Source of the DNA: Dehalococcoidia bacterium
GTDB lineage: Bacteria; Chloroflexota; Dehalococcoidia; SM23-28-2; RBG-16-64-32
Assembly (NCBI GenBank): GCA_040877915.1
Contig: JBBDNA010000009.1
Location: 15,003 to 79,002 of the forward strand
Direction: 5' to 3'
Length of the DNA stretch: 64,000 bases
Part shown: one piece after another, positions 1 to 8,490 of the stretch
Position numbering within the stretch: position 1 is the stretch's first letter
Layout: the number at the start of each line of letters is the position of its first letter
The notes under the pieces: generated by a model
Seen by the model: only the letters and a program-made list of their open reading frames with translations
Databases searched by the model: none
What the model was told of the DNA's origin: nothing
Made by a program: the position numbers and the translations under genes

Positions 1-1
1 T

Positions 2-469
2 CTCGTGTCGAAGATGGTGAAATACCTGAAGTCGCCGTTGCCGGTGTGGGTGGGAAGCCCCGACCACCCGATTCCACTGATCGACGTTCAGGACGTGGTC
101 GAGGGCTGCATCGCGGCGGCGGCGTCGCCGGCCGGGTCCGGCGAGCTGTTCAACCTGACGAACGAAGAGCGGGTAACCTATCGTCAGGCGATCGATACGT
201 TGTGCCAAATGCTCGACCTGTCGCCACCGCGCTGGGGTATCCCGCGCGGGGTCGTGATGGCGCAGGCGATTGCCGTGGAGGAGATAGCGGGCATCCTGTG
301 GCCGCGAGAAGAGCCGCCTATAACGCGAGGGGGAGTGGAGGCCATGACGATGGCCGCGACGGTGTCCGCCGCCAAGGCGCGAACGCTCCTGGGCTGGGAG
401 GCCAAGATCGGGCTGGAGGAGGGGTACCAGAGGATGACCGCCTGGCTGAAGGAGAGCCAATTGGTCTGA
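2..469 (+). CDS. NAD-dependent epimerase/dehydratase (extended SDR) family protein, C-terminal part; 5' end outside the window
   Basis: The frame of ORF 5..469 is open to the window edge. The C-terminal sequence looks like an extended-SDR substrate domain (IPLIDVQDVVEGCIAAA, GELFNLTNEERVTYRQ, AKARTLLGWEAKIGLEEG). Confidence 0.6.
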   Translation, partial: LVSKMVKYLKSPLPVWVGSPDHPIPLIDVQDVVEGCIAAAASPAGSGELFNLTNEERVTYRQAIDTLCQMLDLSPPRWGIPRGVVMAQAIAVEEIAGILWPREEPPITRGGVEAMTMAATVSAAKARTLLGWEAKIGLEEGYQRMTAWLKESQLV

Positions 470-591
470 GGGCTTCGGATGTTGCCACGCGGCGACATCG
501 CGTGGTAACATTTCGACCCGCTTTGCAGGCGCAAAGCTGGCCTCGAAGGTGCTGAACGCAGCCAACGTCTTCGGCCGTGCCGGAGGTCTAG

Positions 592-1653
592 ATGTCTCAC
601 GCCAGGGATGCGGCGGGCTGGCCCAGGTGGGTCGCCCTCCTGAAGATCATCAAGGTTCCCTTCTGCATCTTCTGGATTACCCCCATCATATTCGGGTTCA
701 TCGCGTCTGCGGACGATCCATCGGCCAGCAGGCTATTCTGGCTGACGGCGGCTGTCCTGGGAACGTTCGCGCTGGAAGGCCTGAACTGCCTGCACAACGA
801 GCTCAAGGACAGAGAGGAAGACGCCGTCAACCAGCCGGCCCGGAGAGAGCTCCTGGACTCCTGGTCAGAGGCGACGCTGTGGAGGACGGTGATCGTCGGG
901 TACGCGGTGTGCGCGGTGGGGTTGATCTGGTTCGCGGTGTTTGTCAGCCCCTGGATACCGGTCCTGATGCTGGCCGGCGGCGTGTTCGCTCCGCTCTACA
1001 ACTGGGGCCCTCGCTTCAAGAGACGGCCGGTGCTGGCGGAGCTGACGATGGGCTGGTCGCTGTTCATGGGCTACGTCCAGGGCTTTTTCCTGGCGACGGC
1101 CGATGGGTGGGACCTGGGCCACTCGTTCAGCGACCTGCCGGTTGTCATCGGCGTGTGTGTCTACATCGAAATCGTCACCAATTTCTTCAAGGACCTGCCG
1201 GACGTGCGCGGCGACGAACGGGTGGGCGCGCCCGGCCTGTTCAGCGTCCGCGGCCGATGGGTTCGCTCGGCGTTGCTTCTCTGGATCACTCTCAGCCCTT
1301 ACCTGCTCATCGGCGGCCTTGTGGGCGTGGACGTGCTGCCGGAGCGCTTCCTGCTGGCCGGCGTCACCCTTCCGGTCGCAGTGTTGCTGGCGGTCCTGGC
1401 CGAGAGGGCCGACACGGAAGACACCTGGATCGTGACCTACGAGCTGGCGTTTCTGTACCTGCACGCCGTGCTCGTGTTCCTGTTCGTACTGGATTCGCCC
1501 GGCGCGGCGGCCGTTGCCGCCGGGGCCGCGCTGGTTACCTCGAGGTGGCTGGCCATCTATCTCGGTCTCGCGCCGAGGTTCGTCAACCCGGAGTTTAGCT
1601 GGGGCGGCGCGACCAGAGAGCTCTGGCAGAAGGCGTGGCAGGGCGCCAAGTAG
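592..1653 (+). CDS. UbiA-family aromatic/polyprenyl prenyltransferase (integral membrane)
   Basis: Polytopic 353-aa ORF. Both Asp-rich UbiA motifs are visible: NELKDREED (NxxxDxxxD) and KDLPDVRGD (DxxxDxxxD). Confidence 0.75.
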   Translation: MSHARDAAGWPRWVALLKIIKVPFCIFWITPIIFGFIASADDPSASRLFWLTAAVLGTFALEGLNCLHNELKDREEDAVNQPARRELLDSWSEATLWRTVIVGYAVCAVGLIWFAVFVSPWIPVLMLAGGVFAPLYNWGPRFKRRPVLAELTMGWSLFMGYVQGFFLATADGWDLGHSFSDLPVVIGVCVYIEIVTNFFKDLPDVRGDERVGAPGLFSVRGRWVRSALLLWITLSPYLLIGGLVGVDVLPERFLLAGVTLPVAVLLAVLAERADTEDTWIVTYELAFLYLHAVLVFLFVLDSPGAAAVAAGAALVTSRWLAIYLGLAPRFVNPEFSWGGATRELWQKAWQGAK

Positions 1654-1683
1654 ACAAGGCTCGTATCGCTGGGGAGGCTTGCC

Positions 1684-2262
1684 ATGAACCACGAAAATGC
1701 CCATCAGGACCACACCAAGCCCGACCTGGCCGTCCGCGCTCACGTGCGGGCCGGCATAGCGGGGATAGTCCTGTTTGGCGTGCTCCCGCTGTTGAGCCAC
1801 CGTCTCGTCCACCGAAAGCTAACGCAGCAGTTCCGGGGTCAGTTTCGCGTGTTCGGGATTCTGCTCGGCCTGGCCTCCGGCTCGATCGCCTACTACTCCG
1901 TACTGGAGTTCATCAGGCGAGGGAGAGGGACGCCCTTCGTAGGCGAACCTCCGCAGGACCTCGTCACCAGCGGCCCGTACCGGTACACTCGAAACCCGCA
2001 GTACGTGGGCAACCTGGGAGTGATGCTGGGTCAGGCGCTCACCTTCAATTCACTGGGCATTCTGCTCTACGCCTTCGTCACCTGGTTCCTGGCGGAGCTC
2101 TTCCTGGTGAAGTGGGAGGAACCGCACCTGACGCGGCAGTTCGGAGAGGCCTACGTGGACTACAAGCGCACGGTCCCTCGCTGGGTGGGACGTCCCGCCC
2201 AGCGCAATACGGCGTCAGGACCTGCTTCGAGGAGTCATGAGCAGACTGCCGCGGGGACGTAG
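1684..2262 (+). CDS. ICMT/PEMT-type membrane methyltransferase family protein
   Basis: 192-aa membrane ORF with the blocks GPYRYTRNPQYVGN and WEEPHLTRQFGEAYVDYKRTVPRW, typical of isoprenylcysteine carboxyl / phospholipid methyltransferase-like proteins. Its 3' end overlaps the convergent P450 gene by 48 nt. Confidence 0.7.
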   Translation: MNHENAHQDHTKPDLAVRAHVRAGIAGIVLFGVLPLLSHRLVHRKLTQQFRGQFRVFGILLGLASGSIAYYSVLEFIRRGRGTPFVGEPPQDLVTSGPYRYTRNPQYVGNLGVMLGQALTFNSLGILLYAFVTWFLAELFLVKWEEPHLTRQFGEAYVDYKRTVPRWVGRPAQRNTASGPASRSHEQTAAGT

Positions 2263-3585
2263 CGCGATAGCGGGCTCAGCCTCAACGACCTGGCCCGGCG
2301 CCAGTCGCAGCCGGTATTGTTGCGCGATCATGGCAATGGACAGCTGCCCTTCCATCAAGGCAAAGTTGTCGCCGATGCACCCTCTTGGGCCCGCAGCGAA
2401 CGGGATATACGCGTAGCGAGAACGGGCGGCGGATCGCTCGGGCGCGAACCGCCAGGGGTCATATTCCTCGGGCCTCTCCCAGAAGTCTGGATGGCGATGG
2501 GTCACGTAGGGGCTGACCATGACCAGTGATTTCGCGGGAATGCGGAACCCGCCGATCTCGTCATCCTCAATCGGCTGCCGGCCCAGACACCAGGCGGGGG
2601 GATACAGCCGCAGCGCTTCCTGGAAGACCATCTTCGTGAACTGGAGGTTGGGCAGGTCGGCGAAGGTGGGCACGCGACCGGCCAGCACCCTATCGAGCTC
2701 TGCGTGAAGCTCCTCCTCGACCTCTGGATGCCGCGCGAGCAGGTACCAGGTCCAGGCCAGGCCAGTCCCGGTCGTCTCATGGCCAACGATGAAGATTGTC
2801 ACTACTTCGTCCCGAAGCTGTCTGTCGCTCATGCCCTGGCCATCCTCCTCATCGCGGGCGCTAAGCAGGATGGACACAAGGTCACGCGCTTCCCCGCCAG
2901 CGCGCCGCCGCTCTTCAATCATGCCCCAAACCGTGTTATCGATGGTTCGAAGCGCTCTCTTGAAGCGAAGGTTGCGCGGAGTAGGGAATGCCTCGGGCAG
3001 GGACATCATCCTCATCGCCCGATGGTTGACGTGCTCGCGAAGGAACATCACGTCGCGCCTCACCGGGTCCGCAGCTTCGCCTATGTCGCTGCCCAGCATC
3101 GTGCGCACAACCACCTCAAGGCTAAGGCGCTTCATCTCATCGTAGATATCGAGCGGTTGCCCTTCCTCCAGTCGAGGACGCCAGCCTTCAAGTGTGGCCG
3201 CCGTCGCGTCCGTCATGATGCACGCGAGTTTGGCTAGCTCGTTATGGTGAAAGGCTGGCTGGACCAGCCGGCGCTGGCGCTGCCACAAGTCTCCCTCCGA
3301 GGTGAGCAACCCCAGGCCCAATACGGGGCGGAGGAATCGGTAGTTGAATCCCTTCAGGTAGTTGAGATAGTTGTCCTGCAGAACTCGCCTGACGCCGTCC
3401 GGGTGGGCTACGAGATAGACGGACCAGGCGCCGACGCGAAACCGCACCAGGTCTCCGTATCGGCGGGTTGCTTCCATGAACACGCCGATGGGATCGCTTT
3501 GAATCGTGCGAATGTGCCCCAGAGGCGAGTAGCTTCTCGGGCCAGGGACAGCCTTGGCGCCCAGGCTCTTGCCCATTTCCGTCAC
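2215..3585 (-). CDS. cytochrome P450
   Basis: I-helix GHETTG, ExxR (EALR) and heme-thiolate loop FAAGPRGCIGDNFA. The start is GTG 3585 or ATG 3576. Confidence 0.9.
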   Translation of the reverse strand: MTEMGKSLGAKAVPGPRSYSPLGHIRTIQSDPIGVFMEATRRYGDLVRFRVGAWSVYLVAHPDGVRRVLQDNYLNYLKGFNYRFLRPVLGLGLLTSEGDLWQRQRRLVQPAFHHNELAKLACIMTDATAATLEGWRPRLEEGQPLDIYDEMKRLSLEVVVRTMLGSDIGEAADPVRRDVMFLREHVNHRAMRMMSLPEAFPTPRNLRFKRALRTIDNTVWGMIEERRRAGGEARDLVSILLSARDEEDGQGMSDRQLRDEVVTIFIVGHETTGTGLAWTWYLLARHPEVEEELHAELDRVLAGRVPTFADLPNLQFTKMVFQEALRLYPPAWCLGRQPIEDDEIGGFRIPAKSLVMVSPYVTHRHPDFWERPEEYDPWRFAPERSAARSRYAYIPFAAGPRGCIGDNFALMEGQLSIAMIAQQYRLRLAPGQVVEAEPAIALRPRGSLLMTPRSRS

Positions 3586-3682
3586 CCAGCGCAGTGATGG
3601 GTTTTCGGCTTACGCCGTATCCGCCTGCGCTCCCCCTTTTTGCGCGCGCATCTTACCACGGTTCTCCCGCGGACTGTTGCTC

Positions 3683-4699
3683 TTAGCCGCCCTTTTTTGC
3701 GATGAAGTACTTCCAGGCAAAGAAGGCATAGAGTGGCCGCACCTTCACATCGCCGAGGCCGGCGGCCCGGAACAGCTCTCCGATCTCCGTGCCGGTGGGT
3801 AAACCGTGGTAATAGTCGAACGCCGAGAGGGCCAGGTCGAACAGGGCTACGCTGGCGTCGCGTTCGTCAGGGACCGGCGTCTGGATCGCCAGGTGACCTC
3901 CCGGGGCCAGCAGCTGGGCCAGCTTTGACACGAGTGCCGGCCGCCTCTCCACGGGGAAGTAGTACAGGTTGCTGTTGAGCATCGCCAGGTCGAACGGCCC
4001 CTGGATGGGCGTTTCCCAGAAGTCGCCGCTGATGATCTCTATGCGGCCGTCGAGGTCCCGGTCGTGGATGCGGTTGCGGGTGGCAGCCGCCACGTCTTCA
4101 CGGAGCTCCAGGCCGACGCCGCTCAGACCGGGGTTGAGTCCGGCCAGGTATTGAAGGTAGGAGCCCGAGCCGCAGCCGACGTCGAGGACGCGATAGCCGT
4201 CGCGGCGGACCGGAAGCTTGCGCAATATTCGAAAGGCGCCCGGTTCCATGATACGTGAGGCCTCGGCGATCACGGCGGCGTTTTCGGGTGGATGGGAAAG
4301 GAGGGTGCCGCTGCGCATCGCCTCCGGGATGTGGGACAGGCCGGGGCCGAGGTGGACGGTGTAGTCCAGCACCATACCCCGCAGCGTGAAGTCTTCGTCG
4401 CTGGTCAGATAGCGCTTCACCCATCCCGGGAGGCCGTAGCGGCCGCGCCGGTTGTTGAGGATGCCCAGGAGCTCGCAGGTGTTCAGGAAACGGAGCAAGT
4501 GAGGCCGAAGCAGGCTGGTGCGGTCCGCCAGCTCGTCCACGGTCAGGGGTGTCGTCAGGGCGTCGAAGACCCCGGAGGTGATTCCTATGTGGAGACACCA
4601 GACGTGCTGGAAGCCATTGGCCTTGCGCGCTATCCGGTCCAGGTAGAAGATCGTGCGCAGCCGGCGAACGCCTGAGGACACATCCTCCTGCTGGCTCAT
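3683..4699 (-). CDS. class I SAM-dependent methyltransferase, O-methyltransferase-like (N-terminal winged-helix/dimerisation-like region)
   Basis: SAM motif I VLDVGCGSGSY. The N-terminal region (GITSGVFDALTTPLTVDELADRTSL) resembles OMT dimerisation/HTH domains. The track start at 4807 would overlap the divergent nuoH start, so ATG 4699 is preferred but uncertain. Confidence 0.75.
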   Translation of the reverse strand: MSQQEDVSSGVRRLRTIFYLDRIARKANGFQHVWCLHIGITSGVFDALTTPLTVDELADRTSLLRPHLLRFLNTCELLGILNNRRGRYGLPGWVKRYLTSDEDFTLRGMVLDYTVHLGPGLSHIPEAMRSGTLLSHPPENAAVIAEASRIMEPGAFRILRKLPVRRDGYRVLDVGCGSGSYLQYLAGLNPGLSGVGLELREDVAAATRNRIHDRDLDGRIEIISGDFWETPIQGPFDLAMLNSNLYYFPVERRPALVSKLAQLLAPGGHLAIQTPVPDERDASVALFDLALSAFDYYHGLPTGTEIGELFRAAGLGDVKVRPLYAFFAWKYFIAKKGG

Positions 4700-4800
4700 G
4701 GTCGTAAAGAGTACCACTCGTCTGCGGTACTGCCTAGCCGGACTGGGACGGAGCCCCCGCTTGTTCGCAGCGATAACCAACCGATATACTTCTGCTGCTG

Positions 4801-6039
4801 ATGCCATTGTTAGCCGAGTGGTACGACCTTCGCGACCTGGGCAATCCGATAGCCTCGCTTCTCGACTGGATTCGCGATCAAGGAGCGCCCGATTGGGTGC
4901 CCTACGTGGTTTCCGGGCTGGTGGGCATTCTGGCGATCTTCCTCTGGCTGGGCATCACGGCGCTGGCTTTCATCTGGATCGAACGGCGAGTGATCGGCAG
5001 GATGCAGGCGCGCATCGGCCCCAACCGCGTGGGTCCACAGGGGTTGCTCCAACCCGTAGCGGACCTGCTGAAGCTGATGCTCAAGGAGCAGATAACCAAC
5101 CGGTTCACGGACAAGCTCCTGTTCTGGGCGGCGCCCGTCATCATCTTCATCCCGGCGATGGTCGTGTACGCGGTCATCCCGTTCGGGGAAGGCATGGTGC
5201 TCAGCGATCTCCACGTGGGGGCGCTGTTCGTCATCGCGATCACATCGATAATGGCGCCGGCTGTGTTCGTCGCGGGCTGGGCGTCCAACAACAAGTTCGC
5301 GCTGCTGGGCTCCATGCGGACGATAGCCATGCTGATCAGCTACGAGCTGGTGCAGGTGTTCGCCGTCCTCTCTGTGGTCATCATGGTGGGCAGCATGAGG
5401 CTGGGAGACATCGTGGAATGGCAGTCGGACTACAACGCCTGGCTGGCCCTGATGCAGCCGCTGGCCCTGGTGGCGTTCGTGGTGGCCGGCGCGGTGGAGA
5501 TCAACCGCTCCCCGATGGACATCTCCGAGGCTGAATCGGAGATCGTCGCCGGATTTCACACGGAGTACTCCGGCATCAAGTTCGGCTGGTTCTACACGGC
5601 CGAGTACTTTGCCGGATTTGCGCTGTCCGCGCTGGTGGCCACGCTGTTTCTCGGGGGCTGGACGGCCTGGGGGTTGGAGCAGTGGGTGCCCGGCTGGCTG
5701 ATTTTCCTGACCAAGCTGTACCTGGTGTTCTTCTTGTTCACGTGGACGCGCGGAACCCTGCCCCGCCTGCGCATCGATCAGCTGATGGGGTTCTCCTGGA
5801 AGTTCTTTCTGGAGCTCATGTTCGTGCACATCCTGGTGATCGGGCTCCAGGTCCTGATCTGGCGCGAGAACGACTACCCGGCTGAGGTAGTGCTGCCGAT
5901 TTTCGCGGTCATCAACTGGGTGCTGGCGGCGGCGCTGCTGGTGGGCTGGGCGACGATGATGGGTCACGCCAGCCCTGAGCACAGAGCGAAGCGAGCGCTA
6001 CTGACGCAAGAGCTCGGCGCCGTCTTCTACGAAGGCTAA
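4801..6039 (+). CDS. nuoH: NADH-quinone oxidoreductase subunit H
   Basis: Signature IERRVIGRMQARIGPNRVGPQGLLQPVADLLKL and the later NuoH/ND1 blocks (INRSPMDISEAESEIVAGFHTEYSG). Polytopic membrane protein. No other nuo genes are adjacent. Confidence 0.9.
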   Translation: MPLLAEWYDLRDLGNPIASLLDWIRDQGAPDWVPYVVSGLVGILAIFLWLGITALAFIWIERRVIGRMQARIGPNRVGPQGLLQPVADLLKLMLKEQITNRFTDKLLFWAAPVIIFIPAMVVYAVIPFGEGMVLSDLHVGALFVIAITSIMAPAVFVAGWASNNKFALLGSMRTIAMLISYELVQVFAVLSVVIMVGSMRLGDIVEWQSDYNAWLALMQPLALVAFVVAGAVEINRSPMDISEAESEIVAGFHTEYSGIKFGWFYTAEYFAGFALSALVATLFLGGWTAWGLEQWVPGWLIFLTKLYLVFFLFTWTRGTLPRLRIDQLMGFSWKFFLELMFVHILVIGLQVLIWRENDYPAEVVLPIFAVINWVLAAALLVGWATMMGHASPEHRAKRALLTQELGAVFYEG

Positions 6040-6052
6040 GGGGTCGCAGCCG

Positions 6053-6505
6053 CTAGGCTGAGCCGTCGGGCGCAGCGACGCGCCGGGCGACTTCCACAGC
6101 CAGAGCCTCGTTCATCGCCACCACGCTGTCGTGCGTGTCTCGCAAGACCTTTCCCAGGAACGGTGGCAGAAGGCCGCGGAACTCCTCGCTGTGAACGAAG
6201 GTTGCCCCCGAGCTCGCCGGCTGGACCTCGAAGCGGTGGAGCCCATCGAAGAGCCCGCGCAGCCAGAACTTGCCCAGCCAGCCGAAGCGATGCCCCGGCT
6301 CGTACTCCACGACGGTCGGTTCGAACTTCATGGTCCGGCCGCCCTTCATGGCGATCTCGACCTCGAGCCGCTGGCCGGGCCTCGCTTCGCCGGCGATCCC
6401 AACGACCATCGGGTTCCACGAGGGGTAGGACGGGAAGTCCATGAGAACCTCCCACAGCTGCTCGGGGGTGGCTCTCATCTCAATGCTGGTCTCGATACGC
6501 TTCAT
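6053..6505 (-). CDS. SRPBCC (START/polyketide-cyclase-like) domain protein
   Basis: MKRIETSIEMRATPEQLWEVLMDFPSYPSWNP is typical of SRPBCC proteins. An AGGAGG lies 7 nt upstream of ATG 6505, and an ATGA overlap joins it to the stop of the upstream hydrolase gene. Confidence 0.75.
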   Translation of the reverse strand: MKRIETSIEMRATPEQLWEVLMDFPSYPSWNPMVVGIAGEARPGQRLEVEIAMKGGRTMKFEPTVVEYEPGHRFGWLGKFWLRGLFDGLHRFEVQPASSGATFVHSEEFRGLLPPFLGKVLRDTHDSVVAMNEALAVEVARRVAAPDGSA

Positions 6506-7632
6506 TGCAATACCTCCTGAAGCCAATCACCAATGGAATCGATCGCGAGTGTGGGGTCATCGACCTGGCAGTGCTCTTCGCCCCAGTCGCCCTTCGGGAA
6601 GATGAGCAGGTCGCGGTGTGGGGAGGACGTGGCCATCTCGTGAGTGCGCCGCGCCTGGGCGACCGGCACCTGGCGGTCCGATTCTCCGTGGACGACCAGG
6701 AGGGGGCAGGTCATCTGGTCGATGATGGGGTCCAGGCTGAAGCTTGGGGCCAGGCTGCGCAGGCTCTCCATGTCCGTCCCGAACACCCACGGCGCCTGGA
6801 ACGGGGGGGCGGAGTGCGCGCCGGTCTCAACGAGGTTGGTCGCTACGCCGATCAGGTCGTGAAATGCCCCCCAGGCGACGCAGGCGGCGAACCGATGATC
6901 GACGGACGCCGCCCGCGGAGCGAAGTATCCGCCCATGCTGATTCCGCCGATGGCGATGCGGCGGCTGTCCACGTCAGGGCGTCCCGCCATCGCGTCGAAG
7001 CAGGCGGCCGCCGGCACCTCCATGTCAAACCGCGTCGGCTGGCCGTGCAGGCGCAGTGCGCCGCCGGATCCGGGCTGGTCGCACAGGAGCACCGAAATTC
7101 CCCGCGACGTCAGGTTGCCCAGGCCCATGAGATAGAGGACCTCCTTCGTGACGTCGAACCCGTTGAAGAAGACGACGCACGGCCGTGGCCCTGTCCCTTC
7201 GCCGGCGATGAACAGCGCGGGCAGGGGTCCGTCTTCGTACGGCACGTCAAGGAACTCGAGCCGTTGGCCGGGGCCGCAAGCGGCGGACCGGAAGGCCTCC
7301 AGGGCTCTCTCGTAGGACTTCATCTTGAGGGGAGAGAGATTCGTCATCATCCGCTCGGCCATCAGGTGATAGGCGGCCGCGCGGCGTCGCTTGCGCGCCG
7401 CGGACGAGGTGTGACCGGCCGCGTCATCTCGGGCCGCGAGGTCATCCAGCCGGCCGGCGGTTGCCGTCCACGAGTCGAACCACGCCTGCTGGGTCGCATC
7501 GTCGACTGCGGTGGCGGCACGCTCCCGCAGCGGACGGCAGGCGCTGTCGATCTCGCTGGGCTCGCCACCCATCGCTATGGCCAGCGCGACGGCCAGGGAC
7601 CAGTTGTAATTGTCCGGGAAGTACTCAAACAT
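6502..7632 (-). CDS. alpha/beta hydrolase (dienelactone hydrolase/peptidase S9-like)
   Basis: Nucleophile elbow GGISMGGYFA (GxSxG), a later HGESDRQVP block and a C-terminal His region. An AAGGAG RBS precedes ATG 7632; the track start at 7686 is probably too far upstream. Confidence 0.75.
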   Translation of the reverse strand: MFEYFPDNYNWSLAVALAIAMGGEPSEIDSACRPLRERAATAVDDATQQAWFDSWTATAGRLDDLAARDDAAGHTSSAARKRRRAAAYHLMAERMMTNLSPLKMKSYERALEAFRSAACGPGQRLEFLDVPYEDGPLPALFIAGEGTGPRPCVVFFNGFDVTKEVLYLMGLGNLTSRGISVLLCDQPGSGGALRLHGQPTRFDMEVPAAACFDAMAGRPDVDSRRIAIGGISMGGYFAPRAASVDHRFAACVAWGAFHDLIGVATNLVETGAHSAPPFQAPWVFGTDMESLRSLAPSFSLDPIIDQMTCPLLVVHGESDRQVPVAQARRTHEMATSSPHRDLLIFPKGDWGEEHCQVDDPTLAIDSIGDWLQEVLQ

Positions 7633-7636
7633 GGCT

Positions 7637-7713
7637 CTCCTTAATGCACCGCACGTTGTGTTAGTATTATAAGGAGGCCGGAACACAAATGCAACTAGTA
7701 GTGCATTAAGGAG
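7637..7713. promoter_or_regulatory. Nested inverted repeats in the divergent hydrolase/TetR intergenic region (candidate TetR operator and promoters)
   Basis: A perfect 13-nt inverted repeat, CTCCTTAATGCAC (7637-7649) / GTGCATTAAGGAG (7701-7713), contains both Shine-Dalgarno sequences. An inner 7-nt inverted repeat, TTGTGTT (7656-7662) / AACACAA (7682-7688), flanks an AT-rich core (TAGTATTATAAGG). Confidence 0.5.
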
Positions 7714-7722
7714 ATAAAAGCG

Positions 7723-8361
7723 ATGCCTTCACGCAGCCCCACAGCTACCCGTGAACCGATCGCAAAGCGGCCGGGGGGGCGCAGCGCTCGCGTGCGCCGC
7801 GCCGTCTTCGACGCGACGCTGGCCCGGCTGGTGAGCGACGGATACCAGGCGCTGACGATCGAATCCGTCGCCGTAGCCGCCGGCGTGAACAGGACGACGA
7901 TCTACCGAAACTGGCCGACGAAGGCCGGCCTGATCCTGGCGGCGGCTAAGGATCGCTCGGAGGCGCTGATCAGCACGAAGGGCAGCGGGGACCTCGAGCG
8001 CGACCTCGTCGCGCTGCTGACCTCGGTCGCGGAGTACGTAACGTCGCCCATCGGGCGGGCGCTGGTCATCGCCTCACTCAGCGAGGCCGACGATCCGGAG
8101 GTGCGTGAGGCCAGAGAGGACTTCTGGCGGCATCGGTTCCAGGCGGCGCGAGACCTGATCGGCGCGGCGGCCGGGGGAGGTAGCTCTTCCCTTGACGCCG
8201 GGGTCGACGGCCTGATCGAGCGCCTCATCGCGCCACTTTTTCTGCGGGCCTTCATCACCGGAGCGCCGTTGGACGGCCCGTTCATCCGTGACACCGTGCG
8301 CGCCGCGCTCCGGGTGCCGGGTTCCGGCGGGGAGACGAAACCAGACACCACGATGGGCTAG
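7723..8361 (+). CDS. TetR/AcrR family transcriptional regulator
   Basis: N-terminal HTH LTIESVAVAAGVNRTTIYRNWPTKAGL. Divergent from the hydrolase-SRPBCC pair. Confidence 0.85.
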   Translation: MPSRSPTATREPIAKRPGGRSARVRRAVFDATLARLVSDGYQALTIESVAVAAGVNRTTIYRNWPTKAGLILAAAKDRSEALISTKGSGDLERDLVALLTSVAEYVTSPIGRALVIASLSEADDPEVREAREDFWRHRFQAARDLIGAAAGGGSSSLDAGVDGLIERLIAPLFLRAFITGAPLDGPFIRDTVRAALRVPGSGGETKPDTTMG

Positions 8362-8490
8362 CATCGCTTGGGCGAAGGTTGCCGGGCAACCCGTAGCCGT
8401 TCTTGAAGTTGTCGTTGCCGCTGCCGGGACTCGTGAGCCCGCGAATGACAGGCCGGCCTCGCGCCCGCCGCGGCATCGGTCACCGTAAGC

